In this document: piece by piece, positions 42,130-54,072 of the stretch
Layout of the letters: each line of letters opens with the position of its first letter
How positions within the stretch are numbered: position 1 is the stretch's first letter
Assembly: GCA_038523235.1 (NCBI GenBank)
Contig: JBCBJQ010000004.1
Span: 1-64,000, forward strand
DNA: 64,000 nucleotides
Reading direction: 5' to 3'
Source of the DNA: Cyanobacteria bacterium J06626_4
Lineage (GTDB): Bacteria; Cyanobacteriota; Cyanobacteriia; Phormidesmidales; Phormidesmidaceae
Notes under the pieces: generated by a model
The model's database searches: none
Seen by the model: the letters and a program-made list of their open reading frames with translations, nothing else
What the model was told of the DNA's origin: nothing
Translations under genes and position numbers: made by a program

Positions 42130-42558
42130 ACAGGTTTGGATGATAGATAGTGGAAGTACAGTAGCGTCTATTAGACTAATATATCTGCTCAGGTTTGTCT
42201 TTTGTGGACAAAGAAAAAACAAGAATGGTTTTGCCTCGCTGCCAAATTCACTTCAACCTCAGGGCATCCTGACTGAAGTGCTCATTTTAGCTTTAACCTA
42301 GCATCCACCTGCAGCGATAATATTATGGGGATACTTTGACGGCTCTCGGGCCATGACCGAGTCGGATGCTCGTATCAGAACTGTTCAGGTTTGAAGTACC
42401 CTCCGGTAGAACTGTTCTGACTCTGGTTGACCGTTCAAATCTTTAAGTGTTCAGAGACGCGAGTTTCTTGCTTTAGAACGAGCGGCATTTAGGATAAGGA
42501 CGCCGCAGTGCCCGGCACCTGCGCAGATTTACTCAAGCTATCTAGTGTTTCCCCGGTT

Positions 42559-43284
42559 ATGGCTGCTGGTCTAAAACCCTCTACGGTAGAGCTGCTCAAG
42601 CGATTTAATCGCGCTTTTCCACAATTCTATGAGCAGTTTGTCAGCAGTGAGATTCAGCTGCAAAACTTGCGCTTGGCCTATCAGCTCTACAAAACTCGCA
42701 AAGCCGTGATTGAGCTGAAGCCCGAAGGCAATCGTAGTGCGTTGCATTTTGCCTATCGCAATCAGTCTTTTTTGCTCAGCGATATTTTCGGGGTTTTAGC
42801 AGCCTATGGGCTAACCATTCATAATCTCAGCCTGTATGGCCAGATTTATCCCCCCATGCTGGTTTTTATCAAGCTAGTGGTGTCGCGCGGGGGAAAGGCG
42901 TTGCCCCCCAAAACTGCCGATAATGTCTGTCGCGCCATTCGAGAGGCCCTAGCGGGGCATTTTGAAGTGGAAGAAATGCTCACGGTGGAATTCAACTTGG
43001 ATGCCGGGTTAGAGCAGGTCGAAACGGAGTTTTACGTCGATCCGGTCTTCCATCTACCGGCATTGCTGATTGAAGCTGATAACCAGCCGGGGTTGTTCTA
43101 CAAGGTAATGTATGCCATCTGGCAAGAAGATTTGCTGGTTGTCAACGCCAATTTACTCGTGTGGCGCGGGCGTACTCGTTTAATTCTTTACCTATTAGGC
43201 CCGAACGAAAGTTTGATTCCGGAGTATCTCGGTCACAAGATTGCCGAGGGTATTCGCTATCGATTGCTCGGCAAAAGTGCCTAA
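42559..43284 (+). CDS. Conserved cyanobacterial protein with tandem ACT-like domains (GlnD C-terminal-like)
   Basis: RNQSFLLSDIFGVLAAYGLTI and ADNQPGLFYKV ACT-like motifs; probable start 42559. Confidence 0.65.
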   Translation: MAAGLKPSTVELLKRFNRAFPQFYEQFVSSEIQLQNLRLAYQLYKTRKAVIELKPEGNRSALHFAYRNQSFLLSDIFGVLAAYGLTIHNLSLYGQIYPPMLVFIKLVVSRGGKALPPKTADNVCRAIREALAGHFEVEEMLTVEFNLDAGLEQVETEFYVDPVFHLPALLIEADNQPGLFYKVMYAIWQEDLLVVNANLLVWRGRTRLILYLLGPNESLIPEYLGHKIAEGIRYRLLGKSA

Positions 43285-43307
43285 CGCGGGAATCGCAGGG
43301 CGACAAA

Positions 43308-44264
43308 ATGGCGACTGCCGCAATATATGATGGAAGTATGTCTTATTTTGATGTGCTGGGCGTTCCTCATGCCTATCGCTTGACGCCAGAGACGCAACAG
43401 TCAGAAACAACAGTGGTTTTTGTGCATGGCTGGCTGCTAAGTCAAGGGTATTGGCAACCCGTGATCGATCGCCTCAATCCTGATTTTCAATGTTTGAGCT
43501 ATGACCTCAGAGGGTTTGGCGAATCGAGTCAGGGGCTCGCAGGGCGATCACTGGTCACCGCGACCCACTTGAGCAATGACCCAACTCCCTTTAGCCTCGA
43601 GGCCTATGCCCAAGACCTGGGCGCTTTGTTAGCGGCCTTAGACCTCGACTCGGTCTGGCTGGTCGGTCATTCCCTTGGGGGCAGTGTTGCGCTGTGGGCC
43701 GCCAAATTGTTTCCTCAGCGGGTGCAGGGCATCGTTTGTGTCAATGCTGGCGGGGGCATGTATCTACCCGATGAGTTTGCTCGTTTTCGCCAAGCGGGGC
43801 AGCAAGTCGTTCGCTGGCGACCGCCCTGGCTTAAGGCCGTGCCTTTGATGAACCGAGCCTTTGCCAGCATGATGGTGCATAAGCCTTTAGCTTTGCATTG
43901 GGGTGAGCAGCGGCTGATCGATTTACTCGCTGCTGATGCAGCGGCAGCTCGGGGCGTCCTGTTGGAATCGACCACGGAGGCCGAGGTGCATCGCTTACCG
44001 CAGGTGGTTGCGAGCTTAGAGCAACCCGCTTATTTTGTCGCTGGGGCGCAAGACCCAGTCATGGAGACAAAATACGTTCAACATCTGGCGAGCTTTCACC
44101 CGTTGTTTGATAGCTCTGAAGGCAATGTCACCATATTGCCCGAATGTGGTCACATGGCGATGGTTGAGCAGCCAGAGGCTTTGGCCAACATCATTCGCCA
44201 GCACCTCTCAACAGCGGTCGGCCCGAGCCAAAACGCCTGCGCAAAAGATTCGGTCATGCAGTGA
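43308..44264 (+). CDS. Alpha/beta fold hydrolase
   Basis: FVHGW, YDLRGFG, GHSLGG nucleophile elbow, CGHMAMVE. Confidence 0.9.
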   Translation: MATAAIYDGSMSYFDVLGVPHAYRLTPETQQSETTVVFVHGWLLSQGYWQPVIDRLNPDFQCLSYDLRGFGESSQGLAGRSLVTATHLSNDPTPFSLEAYAQDLGALLAALDLDSVWLVGHSLGGSVALWAAKLFPQRVQGIVCVNAGGGMYLPDEFARFRQAGQQVVRWRPPWLKAVPLMNRAFASMMVHKPLALHWGEQRLIDLLAADAAAARGVLLESTTEAEVHRLPQVVASLEQPAYFVAGAQDPVMETKYVQHLASFHPLFDSSEGNVTILPECGHMAMVEQPEALANIIRQHLSTAVGPSQNACAKDSVMQ

Positions 44265-44498
44265 ATTGAGCTGGCTGGCTAGCCGTCAGCTCAGCCAGGC
44301 TGGCAACACAGGTATCGTGTCTCATCATCCAGTCAATCAAGGTCAGGGGCCGTCATCGCAGTTGGTCGACCTATCACCGGTCTGAAACTTAGTGAGGGTT
44401 GCTGTCGGTCAGCAAAAATCTAAAATTCTTGGCGCTGCCCAGCAAAAACGGTTGACATAGAGGGGATAAAAACTGCTAGGCTGTTTAAGCCTGAATGA

Positions 44499-44570
44499 TG
44501 GGGTGTCGCCAAGCGGTAAGGCAGCGGGTTTTGGTCCCGCCATTCCCAGGTTCGAATCCTGGCACCCCAG
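44499..44570 (+). tRNA. trnQ: tRNA-Gln(TTG)
   Basis: TGGGGTGTCGCCAAGCGGTAAGGC-A-GCGGG-TTTTGGT-CCCGC...GGTTCGAATCC...CACCCCAG; TTGACA upstream at 44452. Confidence 0.97.
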
Positions 44571-44786
44571 TTCAATTAAACCGATATTCTCTAGTTCATA
44601 GAGCTTCAGTTGTCTCTTTTCGACCACAGCTCGAACTTCGCTATGAATAGCTGATTTGCGCCGCTTTCATCCTTGATCAAGCTTGGTTATTCAGTCTGTT
44701 GTCAGCTGAGATGACTCGCCCAGAACCAAACATCGACCGGCTTAAGGGCACCCTAAAGACAGTCTTGGTCAATTTAAAGGGGTGTC

Positions 44787-46316
44787 ATGCTATCGAGAAT
44801 CTGGAGTGCGGCGATCGTCGGTATTGACGCTATCAAGGTGGGTGTTGAAGTCGATTTGTCGGGAGGCTTGCCCACGATGGTGGTCGTCGGCTTGCCGGAT
44901 GCTGCTGTGCAAGAGTCACGGGAGCGGACTCGCGCTGCGCTCAAAAATTCTGGATTTCCCTTCCCGATGCGCAAGATCGTCATCAACCTCACCCCTGCGG
45001 ATCTGCGAAAGGAAGGCCCTAGCTTTGATTTGCCGATTAGTATGGGCGTATTGGCGGCCACGGAGCAAATCAAGCCTGATTTACTCGATGACTTTTTGTT
45101 CATGGGTGAGTTGTCGCTGGATGGCACTTTGAGGCCAGTGGCGGGCGTATTGGCGATCGCGGCGGCAGCGAAATCACTTGGTCTCAAGGGATTGGTGGTG
45201 CCTGCTAATAATGCCCGTGAGGCAGCGGTTGTGCCGGGGCTAGAGGTTTATGGTTTCAAGCGATTATCTGACATTGTTGATTTCCTCAACCATCCTGCTC
45301 AGCATCTGCCCTACCAGCTCGATGGCCAAGCCGAATTGGCGAAGGTCAACGCCAACCCGATGGATTTGCGCGATGTCAAAGGTCAGGCCCAGGCCCGCCG
45401 CGCGTTAGAAATTGCGGCTGCCGGCGGCCACAACTGCATTTTTATTGGGCCGCCCGGCAGCGGGAAAACGATGCTGGCTCGTCGTTTGCCCAGCATCCTA
45501 CCGCCATTATCCTTTGAAGAAGCCCTAGAAGTGACCCAGATTCACTCGGTGGCTGGTTTGCTGAAAGAAAAAGGCAGTCTGGTGACGAGCCGCCCTTTTC
45601 GCAGCCCTCATCACTCAGCCTCTGGCCCGTCGCTGGTCGGCGGGGGTAGTTTTCCGAAGCCGGGAGAGATCTCGCTGGCCCATCGGGGGGTGTTGTTTTT
45701 AGATGAAATGACTGAGTTCAAACGGGATGTGCTGGAATTTTTGCGCCAACCGCTAGAAGATGGTTACGTGACGATTACGCGCACGCGCCAGTCTGTGGAG
45801 TTTCCAGCCCAGTTCACGTTGGTAGCCAGTACTAATCCGTGCCCTTGTGGCTACTATGGTGATTTGGTACAGCCTTGTACCTGTAGCCCTCGCAGTCGAG
45901 AGCAATATTGGGCCAGGTTGTCGGGGCCGCTGATGGATCGAATTGATTTGCAGGTAGTGGTGGGTCGACTCAAGCCCGAAGAGATGACCCGCGTGGTGGA
46001 GGGCGAGCCGTCAGAAAAAGTGCGAATTCGGGTGGAGGCGGCGCGCGATCGCGCCCATGCTCGCTTCCAGTCTGAAACCTCACTACAGTGCAATGCTGAT
46101 ATGCAAAGTCGTCATCTGCGCCACTGGTGTCCGCTAGACGACACCACCCAAACTCTGATGGAAAACGCTGTCCGTAAACTGGGACTATCGGCGCGGGCCA
46201 CCGATCGCATCCTCAAAGTGGGTCGCACAATTGCCGATCTGGATAATGCCGATACCCTGCAGGCCCAACACATTGCCGAAGCCATTCAATATCGCACCAT
46301 CGATCGCATGCAGTAA
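44787..46316 (+). CDS. comM: YifB/ComM Mg-chelatase-like AAA+ ATPase
   Basis: VGLPDAAVQESRER, GPPGSGKT, RSPHHSAS, LAHRGVLFLDE, NPCPCG. Confidence 0.93.
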   Translation: MLSRIWSAAIVGIDAIKVGVEVDLSGGLPTMVVVGLPDAAVQESRERTRAALKNSGFPFPMRKIVINLTPADLRKEGPSFDLPISMGVLAATEQIKPDLLDDFLFMGELSLDGTLRPVAGVLAIAAAAKSLGLKGLVVPANNAREAAVVPGLEVYGFKRLSDIVDFLNHPAQHLPYQLDGQAELAKVNANPMDLRDVKGQAQARRALEIAAAGGHNCIFIGPPGSGKTMLARRLPSILPPLSFEEALEVTQIHSVAGLLKEKGSLVTSRPFRSPHHSASGPSLVGGGSFPKPGEISLAHRGVLFLDEMTEFKRDVLEFLRQPLEDGYVTITRTRQSVEFPAQFTLVASTNPCPCGYYGDLVQPCTCSPRSREQYWARLSGPLMDRIDLQVVVGRLKPEEMTRVVEGEPSEKVRIRVEAARDRAHARFQSETSLQCNADMQSRHLRHWCPLDDTTQTLMENAVRKLGLSARATDRILKVGRTIADLDNADTLQAQHIAEAIQYRTIDRMQ

Positions 46317-46386
46317 ATCAAGACAACGACCAGTCCTAGCTGAGTAAGATCAAGCTAATAGATTTGTGAAGCGCATATGGTCAAGC

Positions 46387-47052
46387 ATGATGGCTGAACT
46401 TACCACGACGCAAACCCTTCAAACCGACACCTGGATGCAGGCTACTTGGTCGCAGTTTGTCGCGACCGCCTATAGCGAGACTTACCAAAATGGGCAGGCT
46501 TACTATGATGACGGGCAGATGAGGATTGAAATGGCACCACTGGGATCTGCTCATGGGCAAGATAATTCCCTCATTTCTACCGTGGTTACTTTGTACGGTT
46601 TGGTAAAAAGCTTGCCCCTTAAAGAACTGATTAATACGAGTTTCCGTAAAACGGGCGTGCGTGAATGTCAGCCCGATTTAGCCTATTACATTGGGGCCAA
46701 TCTACCCGAATTGCCTCGCGACAATGCGCCCATTGATGTCGATCAATCAGGCGCGCCAACCCTGGTGGTTGAAGTCGGGGCGACCTCCTTTAGCGATGAT
46801 TTAGGCAGCAAACGTTTGCTTTACGAACAATTTGGAGTTGAAGAATATTGGGTTATTAATACTCAGGAAAAAGAGGCGATCGCATTTGCTATTGCTGATG
46901 GACGCAGTGGTCGAATCCTAGTGTCTCAAGTTTTACCAGAGTTAAGTTTGGCGCTAGTCAACCAAGCTTTGCGGCGAAGTATTACCGCAGATACCAGTAG
47001 CATTGGTCGTTGGCTGCTCCAAAACTACGACGATTCGGAGCAGATCTTGTAG
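46387..47052 (+). CDS. Uma2 (DUF820) family PD-(D/E)xK endonuclease-like protein
   Basis: IEMAPLG..HG, QPDLAYY, PTLVVEV, KRLLYEQFGVEEYWVI; exact start uncertain (track ORF begins at 46366). Confidence 0.9.
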   Translation: MMAELTTTQTLQTDTWMQATWSQFVATAYSETYQNGQAYYDDGQMRIEMAPLGSAHGQDNSLISTVVTLYGLVKSLPLKELINTSFRKTGVRECQPDLAYYIGANLPELPRDNAPIDVDQSGAPTLVVEVGATSFSDDLGSKRLLYEQFGVEEYWVINTQEKEAIAFAIADGRSGRILVSQVLPELSLALVNQALRRSITADTSSIGRWLLQNYDDSEQIL

Positions 47053-47157
47053 AGACAAAGACGAACAGAAGTGTGATTTATTCCTCTACTCGGTTTACGA
47101 CTATCAGCGTGCTTGCTTCCTCATTTCCTTACTCCTTACTAAAGATTTTTATAAAGC

Positions 47158-47192
47158 AAACCCTCCACAGAAAAGTGATCTGCGGAGGGCTT
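47158..47192 (-). terminator. psaAB intrinsic terminator
   Basis: Minus strand AAGCCCTCCGCAGA-loop-TCTGTGGAGGGTTT, just downstream of the psaB stop. Confidence 0.7.
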
Positions 47193-47218
47193 AGTTATCT
47201 ACCTAACAGCTGCAGTCG

Positions 47219-49441
47219 CTAGCCAAATCGGCTTGACGTCGAGGCTATCAGGAAGGCCGCGTAGGTCAGAATGTATCCCACCGTAAAGTGAGCAAGACCC
47301 ACGACACGAGCCTGAACGATAGAGAGAGCAACGGGCTTATCCTTCCAGCGAACCAGGTTCGCTAGGGGAGTGCGCTCGTGCGCCCAAACGATGGTCTCGA
47401 TCAGCTCTTGCCAGTAACCCCGCCAAGAGATCAAGAACATAAATCCAGTTGCCCAGACCAGGTGTCCAAAGAGGAACATCCAAGCCCAAACCGCCAGGTT
47501 GTTCATGCCATAGGGGTTGTAGCCGTTAATCAGCTGAGAAGAGTTAAGCCACAGATAGTCCCGCAGCCAGCCCATCAAGTAGTTCGAGTTCTCGTTGAAC
47601 TGAGCCACGTTACCTGACCAGATGCTCAAATGCTTCCAGTGCCAGTAGAAGGTGACCCAACCAATGGTGTTCAACATCCAGAACATGGCGAGGTAAAAGG
47701 CATCCCAAGCAGAGATGTCACAAGTACCGCCACGGCCCGGGCCATCGCAAGGGAAGCTGTAGCCGAAGTCCTTTTTGTCGGGCATCAGCTTAGAACCGCG
47801 AGCATCCAACGCACCCTTGACCAAAATCAGAGTGGTGGTGTGCAGGCCTAATGCGATCGCATGGTGAACGAGGAAGTCGCCAGGGCCAATGGTCAAGAAC
47901 AATGAGTTAGAGCCACTGTTGATGGCATCCATCCAACCCGGTAGCCAAACATTGCCTTGATTCGGCCAAGCCGTAAACGCAATGCTGTCAGGGTTCGAAA
48001 GCAAGCTGTCAAAGCCGTAAAGCATTTTGCCAGAAGCAGCCTGTACCCATTGAGCAAAGACGGGCTCAACCAGAATTTGCTTCTCAGGAGTACCAAATGC
48101 CACCACGACATCGTTGTGAACGTACAGCCCTAAGGTGTGGAAGCCCAAGAACAGGGACACCCAGCTCAGGTGAGAGATGATTGCTTCCTTATGCTGCAGA
48201 ACGCGGTCAAGGACGTTGTTCTTATTGGCAGCAGGATCGTAGTCCCGAATGAGGAAGATACTCCCGTGAGCAAACGCCCCCACCATGATGAAGCCAGCAA
48301 TGTACTGGTGGTGAGTGTAAAGCGCTGCCTGAGTGGTGTAATCCCGAGCGATAAAGGCATAGGGCGGTAGGGCATACATATGCTGCGCTACCAGAGAGGT
48401 AACGACACCCAAACTAGCCAGGGCCAAAGCCAACTGGAAGTGGAGGGAGTTGTTCAGCGTGTCATACAGACCCTTGTGGCCCTCACCCAAGTCTCCGGGC
48501 GTACCCGAAGGCGGCGTGTGAGCATTTAGGATTTCCTTAATGCTGTGACCGATACCAAAGTTGGTGCGGTACATATGGCCAGCCACGATGAAGATCACCG
48601 CGATCGCTAAGTGATGGTGAGCCATATCCGTCAGCCAGAGTGACTCCGTCTGAGGATGAAAACCGCCCAAGAAGGTCAGAATGGCCGTGCCAGACCCTTC
48701 AGCCGTACCAAAGATATGGTTGGCGGTGTCAGGATTCTGGGCATACACCCCCCAATTACCGGTAAAGAAAGGCATCAAACCGGCAGGGTGAGGTGGCGTC
48801 GACAGGAAGTTGCCCCAACCGACATGCTGACCCCGAGATTCGGGAATCGCCACGTGCACCAAGTGACCGGTCCAAGCCAAAGAGCTGACGCCAAAGAGAG
48901 CCGCCAAGTGGTGGTTCAGGCGCGATTCAGCATTCTTAAACCAGGACAAGCTGGGACGGAACTTAGGCTGAAGGTGCAACCAACCTGCAAACAGGAAGAC
49001 TGCCGACAAAATCAGCAAGAACACGGCCCCGGTGTACAGGTCGGTATTCGTGCGCATACCGATGGTGTACCACCAGTGATACACCCCGGAATAGGCAATG
49101 TTGACCGGGCTAGAAGCACCCGCCTGAGTGAACGCATCCACTGCGGGCTGGCCAAAGTGGGGGTCCCAAATCGCGTGGGCGATTGGGCGAATATTGAGCG
49201 GATCTTTGATCCACTGTTCGAAGTTACCTTGCCAAGCAACGTGAAACAGGTTGCCCGAGGTCCACAAAAAGATGATCGCCAGGTGGCCAAAGTGAGAAGC
49301 AAAAATCTTCTGATAAAGATTTTCCTCCGTCATGCCATCGTGGCTTTCAAAGTCGTGAGCCGTAGCAATCCCGTACCAGATTCGACGAGTCGTCGGATCT
49401 TGGGCTAGCGCTTGGCTAAATTTTGGGAATTTAGTCGCCAT
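47219..49441 (-). CDS. psaB: Photosystem I P700 apoprotein A2
   Basis: [36 protein letters not shown] motif. Confidence 0.99.
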   Translation of the reverse strand: MATKFPKFSQALAQDPTTRRIWYGIATAHDFESHDGMTEENLYQKIFASHFGHLAIIFLWTSGNLFHVAWQGNFEQWIKDPLNIRPIAHAIWDPHFGQPAVDAFTQAGASSPVNIAYSGVYHWWYTIGMRTNTDLYTGAVFLLILSAVFLFAGWLHLQPKFRPSLSWFKNAESRLNHHLAALFGVSSLAWTGHLVHVAIPESRGQHVGWGNFLSTPPHPAGLMPFFTGNWGVYAQNPDTANHIFGTAEGSGTAILTFLGGFHPQTESLWLTDMAHHHLAIAVIFIVAGHMYRTNFGIGHSIKEILNAHTPPSGTPGDLGEGHKGLYDTLNNSLHFQLALALASLGVVTSLVAQHMYALPPYAFIARDYTTQAALYTHHQYIAGFIMVGAFAHGSIFLIRDYDPAANKNNVLDRVLQHKEAIISHLSWVSLFLGFHTLGLYVHNDVVVAFGTPEKQILVEPVFAQWVQAASGKMLYGFDSLLSNPDSIAFTAWPNQGNVWLPGWMDAINSGSNSLFLTIGPGDFLVHHAIALGLHTTTLILVKGALDARGSKLMPDKKDFGYSFPCDGPGRGGTCDISAWDAFYLAMFWMLNTIGWVTFYWHWKHLSIWSGNVAQFNENSNYLMGWLRDYLWLNSSQLINGYNPYGMNNLAVWAWMFLFGHLVWATGFMFLISWRGYWQELIETIVWAHERTPLANLVRWKDKPVALSIVQARVVGLAHFTVGYILTYAAFLIASTSSRFG

Positions 49442-49466
49442 AGCTGGTTAGTGAGTCCTCCGTGCT

Positions 49467-51731
49467 CTATCCAACGGCAATAATTCGAGCCAGGAAGAAC
49501 GCCCATGTGGTGACGATTCCCCCGAGGAGGTAGTGAGCTACCCCAACTGCCCGGCCTTGAGTAATGCTCAGAGCACGAGGCTGAATTGCCGGAGCAACTT
49601 TCAGCTTGCTGTGAGCCCAGACAATCGACTCAATCAACTCTTGCCAGTAGCCGCGGCCACTAAACAAGAACATGAGGCTGAACGCCCAAACAAAGTGAGC
49701 TCCCAAGAACAGCAAACCGTAGGCCGAGAGTGCTGAACCGTAGGAACCAATGACCTGAGAAGCTTGCGCCCACAGGAAGTCACGCAACCAACCATTGATG
49801 GTAATCGCGCTGTTGGCAAAGTTGCCAGCGGTAATGTGAGAGACCGTTCCGTTATCAGAAACCGTGCCCCAGACATCTGACTGCATCTTCCAACTGAAGT
49901 GGAAAATCACGATGGACAACGAGTTGTACATCCAGAACAGACCGAGGAACACGTGATCCCAACCAGACACCTGACAGGTGCCGCCACGGCCCGGACCGTC
50001 GCAAGGGAAACGGAAACCCAGTTCGCCTTTGTCAGGAACGAGGCGAGAGCTGCGGGCATACAGCACACCTTTCAAGAGAATCAACGCTGTCACGTGAATG
50101 GTGAAAGCATGGATGTGGTGCACCATAAAGTCAGCCGTGCCCAACGTGATGGGCATCATGGCCACTTTGCCACCGACCGCTACAACGTCGCCACCGAAGG
50201 CGGGGCTCACGCTCGCCATCACATTCGGCGCAGTCGAACCGACCGCCGCCGTATGCAACCCTTGCACCCATTGGGCAAAGATCGGCTGGAGCTGAATCGC
50301 CGAGTCAGAGAACATGTCTTGGGGACGTCCTAAGGCTCGCATGGTGTCGTTGTGGATGTACAAGCCAAAGCTATGGAAGCCAAGGAAAATACAAACCCAA
50401 TTCAAGTGGGAAATGATGGCATCGCGAGAGCGGAGCATCCGATCCAGCGCGTTGTCGAAGTTCACTTCGGGATCGTAGTCACGCACCATAAAGATGGCGG
50501 CGTGTGCTCCCGCACCCACAATAATGAAGCCGCCAATCCACATGTGATGGGTGAATAGGGACAGCTGCGTGGGGTAATCCGTTGCAATGTACGGATAGGG
50601 AGGCATCGCATACATGTGATGCGCCACGATGATGGTCAACGAGCCCAAGATTGCCAGGTTCACCGCAAGCTGTGCATGCCAAGAAGTCGTGAGGTTCTCG
50701 TACAAACCATCGTGACCTTTGCCACCAAACAAGAGGGGATCGCCTTTATGACCTTCCAGAATTTCCTTCATGCTGTGACCGATGCCCCAGTTGGTGCGAT
50801 ACATGTGGCCCGCAACAATAAAGAGGACAGCCAGAGCGAGGTGATGATGCGCCGTGTCAGACAACCAAAGGCCGCCAGTCACCGGATTTAAACCACCCTT
50901 AAAGGTCAGGAAATCAGAATAAGCAGACCAGTTCAAAGTAAAGAACGGGGTCAGACCCTGGGAAAAGCTGGGATACAGCTCCGCCATCAGGCTCTTATCC
51001 AAGATGAACTCGTGGGGCAGGGGAATATCCTGCGGGGCGACGCCAGCATCGAGCAGCGCGTTAATCGGCAAGGACACGTGAATTTGGTGTCCGGCCCAGC
51101 CCAAACAACCCAAGCCCAGCAGACCTGCTAGGTGGTGGTTCATCATGGATTCCACATTTTGGAACCACTCGAGCTTCGGCGCCCGCTTGTGGTAGTGGAA
51201 CCAGCCGGCAAACAGCATTAAACCCGCCATCACGAGACCGCCGATCGCGGTGCAGTAAAGCTGGTAGCTGTTGGTAATGCCGGAAGCCCGCCACAACTGG
51301 AAGAAACCAGAGGTAATTTGAATACCCTGGAAACCGCCGCCGACATCAGCATTCAGGATCTCTTGGCCAAAAATGGGCCAAACGACCTGAGCACTGGGCT
51401 TGATGGCCAGAGGATCGGCCATCCAGGTTTCGTAATTAGAAAACTTAGCGCCATGAAAATACATGCCGCTAAGCCAGATGAACACAACAGCCAAATGGCC
51501 GAAATGTGCACTAAAGATTTTGCGCGAAATATCTTCTAAGTCACTGGTATGACTATCAAAATCGTGAGCGTCAGCATGGAGGTTCCAAATCCAAGTTGTG
51601 GTTTTGGGACCTCGCGCAAGGGTGCGGTCAAAGTGACCCGGTTTAGCCCACTTCTCGAAAGAAGTAGGAACTGGATCTTTATCAACAGTCACCTTTACGC
51701 TTGCCTCCCGCTCGCGTGGGGTAGTTGTCAT
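49467..51731 (-). CDS. psaA: Photosystem I P700 apoprotein A1
   Basis: Start MTTTPRERE after [31 protein letters not shown]. Confidence 0.99.
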   Translation of the reverse strand: MTTTPREREASVKVTVDKDPVPTSFEKWAKPGHFDRTLARGPKTTTWIWNLHADAHDFDSHTSDLEDISRKIFSAHFGHLAVVFIWLSGMYFHGAKFSNYETWMADPLAIKPSAQVVWPIFGQEILNADVGGGFQGIQITSGFFQLWRASGITNSYQLYCTAIGGLVMAGLMLFAGWFHYHKRAPKLEWFQNVESMMNHHLAGLLGLGCLGWAGHQIHVSLPINALLDAGVAPQDIPLPHEFILDKSLMAELYPSFSQGLTPFFTLNWSAYSDFLTFKGGLNPVTGGLWLSDTAHHHLALAVLFIVAGHMYRTNWGIGHSMKEILEGHKGDPLLFGGKGHDGLYENLTTSWHAQLAVNLAILGSLTIIVAHHMYAMPPYPYIATDYPTQLSLFTHHMWIGGFIIVGAGAHAAIFMVRDYDPEVNFDNALDRMLRSRDAIISHLNWVCIFLGFHSFGLYIHNDTMRALGRPQDMFSDSAIQLQPIFAQWVQGLHTAAVGSTAPNVMASVSPAFGGDVVAVGGKVAMMPITLGTADFMVHHIHAFTIHVTALILLKGVLYARSSRLVPDKGELGFRFPCDGPGRGGTCQVSGWDHVFLGLFWMYNSLSIVIFHFSWKMQSDVWGTVSDNGTVSHITAGNFANSAITINGWLRDFLWAQASQVIGSYGSALSAYGLLFLGAHFVWAFSLMFLFSGRGYWQELIESIVWAHSKLKVAPAIQPRALSITQGRAVGVAHYLLGGIVTTWAFFLARIIAVG

Positions 51732-51860
51732 GGAGACTCTCCTCTCTCTAGACAAGCGAGCATTTGCAAGTTGGTACTGTACACCGATCGCCGAACCGGT
51801 CAACTAAAGGTTAAGAAACCTTAGATTTCCTGGGGCATCGAATTACAGTTGCTGTTGAGC

Positions 51861-52063
51861 ATTATAGACGCCTATATTTCCTTCTCTGGCGAGAGGTTAA
51901 CAATATTTCAACCTAGGGAAATAACCACCCCGCTTGACTTTCAGGCGCCAATGGCAATCAGAAAACGATACAAAAAGCACATTATTAATAATTCTCAATC
52001 AACTTCCTTAACTTTTCTCTGGCATTGAGGCCATCCGCCCGTCATTTTGTTAAAAAATGTAAA
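51861..52063 (-). promoter_or_regulatory. psaA promoter region: TATAAT -10 element and HLR1-like (RpaB) repeat
   Basis: Minus-strand TATAAT at 51866-51861; TTTACATT-TT-TTAACAAA at 52063-52046 fits the HLR1 direct repeat with one mismatch. Confidence 0.55.
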
Positions 52064-52274
52064 CTTTAATGTATTTAATTGGCTTTTTGACGTCGGATTC
52101 TTGGGTTTTTCGGCTTTTGGTAAATGTCTGTAATCTTCTGCTTATTGCAGTGATTGAAAAATTAAATTTACGTTGCAACCGTTTAGGCGATGTGGCGATG
52201 TGGGTAATCGGGCTTTCGCCCGGTTCCGCAGTGAGGGAAAATCTGAACGGAACAACAGAAACGGGAGTGTGGGG

Positions 52275-53900
52275 ATGGTGTCGAGCTGGCGACAGGCGAT
52301 CGCGCTATGGCTGATAGTCTTAACCCTGGGGTTGGCGAGCTGCGGGGGCGATCGCGACGTGCCCATCGTGCTTTTAGAGGATGGCGAGACCGTTCAGGCC
52401 ACTAATCCTCTGGTGGGAGCCATCGCTGAGGTTTCCCCACCAGGGAGCATTCAGCAGCTCAAGCCCTACCTCGATGTTTATGAGCCGCAAGTTCGCATTA
52501 CTTCACCTCGTAACGGTGCCACGCTGCAAGAGACCAGCGTGGCAGTTGAGCTGCAGGTAAGAGATTTACCAATATATAGAGATCAAGATTTAGGCTTGGG
52601 GCCTCACCTGCATTTATTCCTCGATGATCAGCCTTATCAAGCGATTTATGATCCCGAGAGTTCGCTGACCTTGGCTGATTTAGCCCCAGGCACCCATACT
52701 CTGCGGGCATTTGCCGTTCGCCCCTGGAACGAAAGCTTTAAAAACGAGGGGGCTTACGATCAGGTGACCTTCGACGTGTTTGCTGCTTCTCCCCAAAACA
52801 ACCCAGATGACAGCCAGGCTTTGCTGACCTATGGCCAGCCCCAGAACAGCTATGGGGCAGAGCCGATCATGCTGGACTTTTACCTCACCAATGCGCCGCT
52901 GCACTGGGTGGCTGAAGCCGACGAATCGATGATTGATTGGCGCATTCGGTGTACGGTCAACGGCGAATCTTTTGTGTTCGATCGCTGGCAGTCGATTTAT
53001 TTAAAGGGCTTCAACCCTGGCAAAAACTGGGTCAAGCTGGAGCTGATTGATGAAAACGGCAGCCTGATCGACAACGCGCTGAACACAGGCATTCGCGTGA
53101 TCGACTACAATCCCGGCGGTGAAGACGCTCTGTCGCAGCTGATTCGGGGTGAGATTCCCTTGGCGCAAGCCAAAGTGCTGGTTGATCCCAACTATGTGCC
53201 CCCAGCACCCATGGTGAAAGAGCGCCCTGAGCCGCAGCCGGAAACACTACTGGAGCCAGAGTCTGACAATGCTCCTGAGCCTGAATCGATTGATCCAGTT
53301 ACGCCGTCAGACATCGCCGCCCCACCGACAGCGCCCGAGTCGGCCCCCAGCGACGCGATCGCCCCATCGGTTGAAGAGCCTGCACGAGAAGACGATCGCG
53401 CGCCGACGGTAGAGACGGGAGACGCCGATGAGGCTGATGATGCATTAAGTGCCCCGGCCCCGCTGGGCGATCGCGATGACCTTCTTGAAGCCGCACCATT
53501 TGCCGACCCAGACGATGCCGACCTCACGATCAAACCGGAAGAACTTGGCCCAGCGGCGGACTCCTCCGGTTTAGATAAGCGAGAAACTCTGATCGATGCG
53601 GCTGATTCGATAGAAGGGTCTGATCAGACGGCGTTAACGGACGACGAGATATCTGCTGAGTCGCCGAGTACCCCCTTAGAAGCTGACCCAGAGGTAACAA
53701 CTTCACCGTCAGGCTTGGCGGTGGACGATCTGACCGAAGATGCTCCCCGACTGAACTCACCAGATGCCAACTTGCCTGACGATTTGCCGAACGACCTCTC
53801 CTCAGAAACGGTCAGTCCCGATTTGCCCGATAACGTGCCCACCAAATACCCCCCAGAACCCGCACTAGAATCTTTAGAAGCAGAGGCTGACTTAGTTTAG
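52275..53900 (+). CDS. Hypothetical lipoprotein with an acidic, Pro-rich disordered C-terminus
   Basis: Lipobox LASC; GLGPHLHLFLD, PGTHTLRAFAVRPWNESFK; D/E/P-rich tail. Confidence 0.75.
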   Translation: MVSSWRQAIALWLIVLTLGLASCGGDRDVPIVLLEDGETVQATNPLVGAIAEVSPPGSIQQLKPYLDVYEPQVRITSPRNGATLQETSVAVELQVRDLPIYRDQDLGLGPHLHLFLDDQPYQAIYDPESSLTLADLAPGTHTLRAFAVRPWNESFKNEGAYDQVTFDVFAASPQNNPDDSQALLTYGQPQNSYGAEPIMLDFYLTNAPLHWVAEADESMIDWRIRCTVNGESFVFDRWQSIYLKGFNPGKNWVKLELIDENGSLIDNALNTGIRVIDYNPGGEDALSQLIRGEIPLAQAKVLVDPNYVPPAPMVKERPEPQPETLLEPESDNAPEPESIDPVTPSDIAAPPTAPESAPSDAIAPSVEEPAREDDRAPTVETGDADEADDALSAPAPLGDRDDLLEAAPFADPDDADLTIKPEELGPAADSSGLDKRETLIDAADSIEGSDQTALTDDEISAESPSTPLEADPEVTTSPSGLAVDDLTEDAPRLNSPDANLPDDLPNDLSSETVSPDLPDNVPTKYPPEPALESLEAEADLV

Positions 53901-53982
53901 AATCCCGGCCCCTGAGCAGCGTTTCTACGCTTGGGAGTCTCTGGGTAGCAGCCGCAAATTCAGCACGTTTGTCTTGCCTAGA

Positions 53983-54034
53983 TGCAACTCTGCATTCCGA
54001 ACTCTGCATTCCGCATTCCACATTCCGAACTCCG
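53983..54034. repeat. Short tandem heptamer repeat (STRR-like)
   Basis: TGCAACT CTGCATT CCGAACT CTGCATT CCGCATT CCACATT CCGAACT CCG. Confidence 0.75.
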
Positions 54035-54072
54035 CCACGGTAGCCTAGAAACGTTGAAAGTAAGGACGTTGA

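Noticed and set aside
46387..47052. Uma2 gene as a defence system
   Set aside because: Single member of a family that is highly expanded in cyanobacteria; no partner genes
47378..51824. Antisense ORFs over psaA/psaB (for example 48656-49408)
   Set aside because: Shadow frames of highly conserved genes, with no motifs
53983..54034. CRISPR array
   Set aside because: Only degenerate 7-bp tandem units with no spacers; no cas genes in the window
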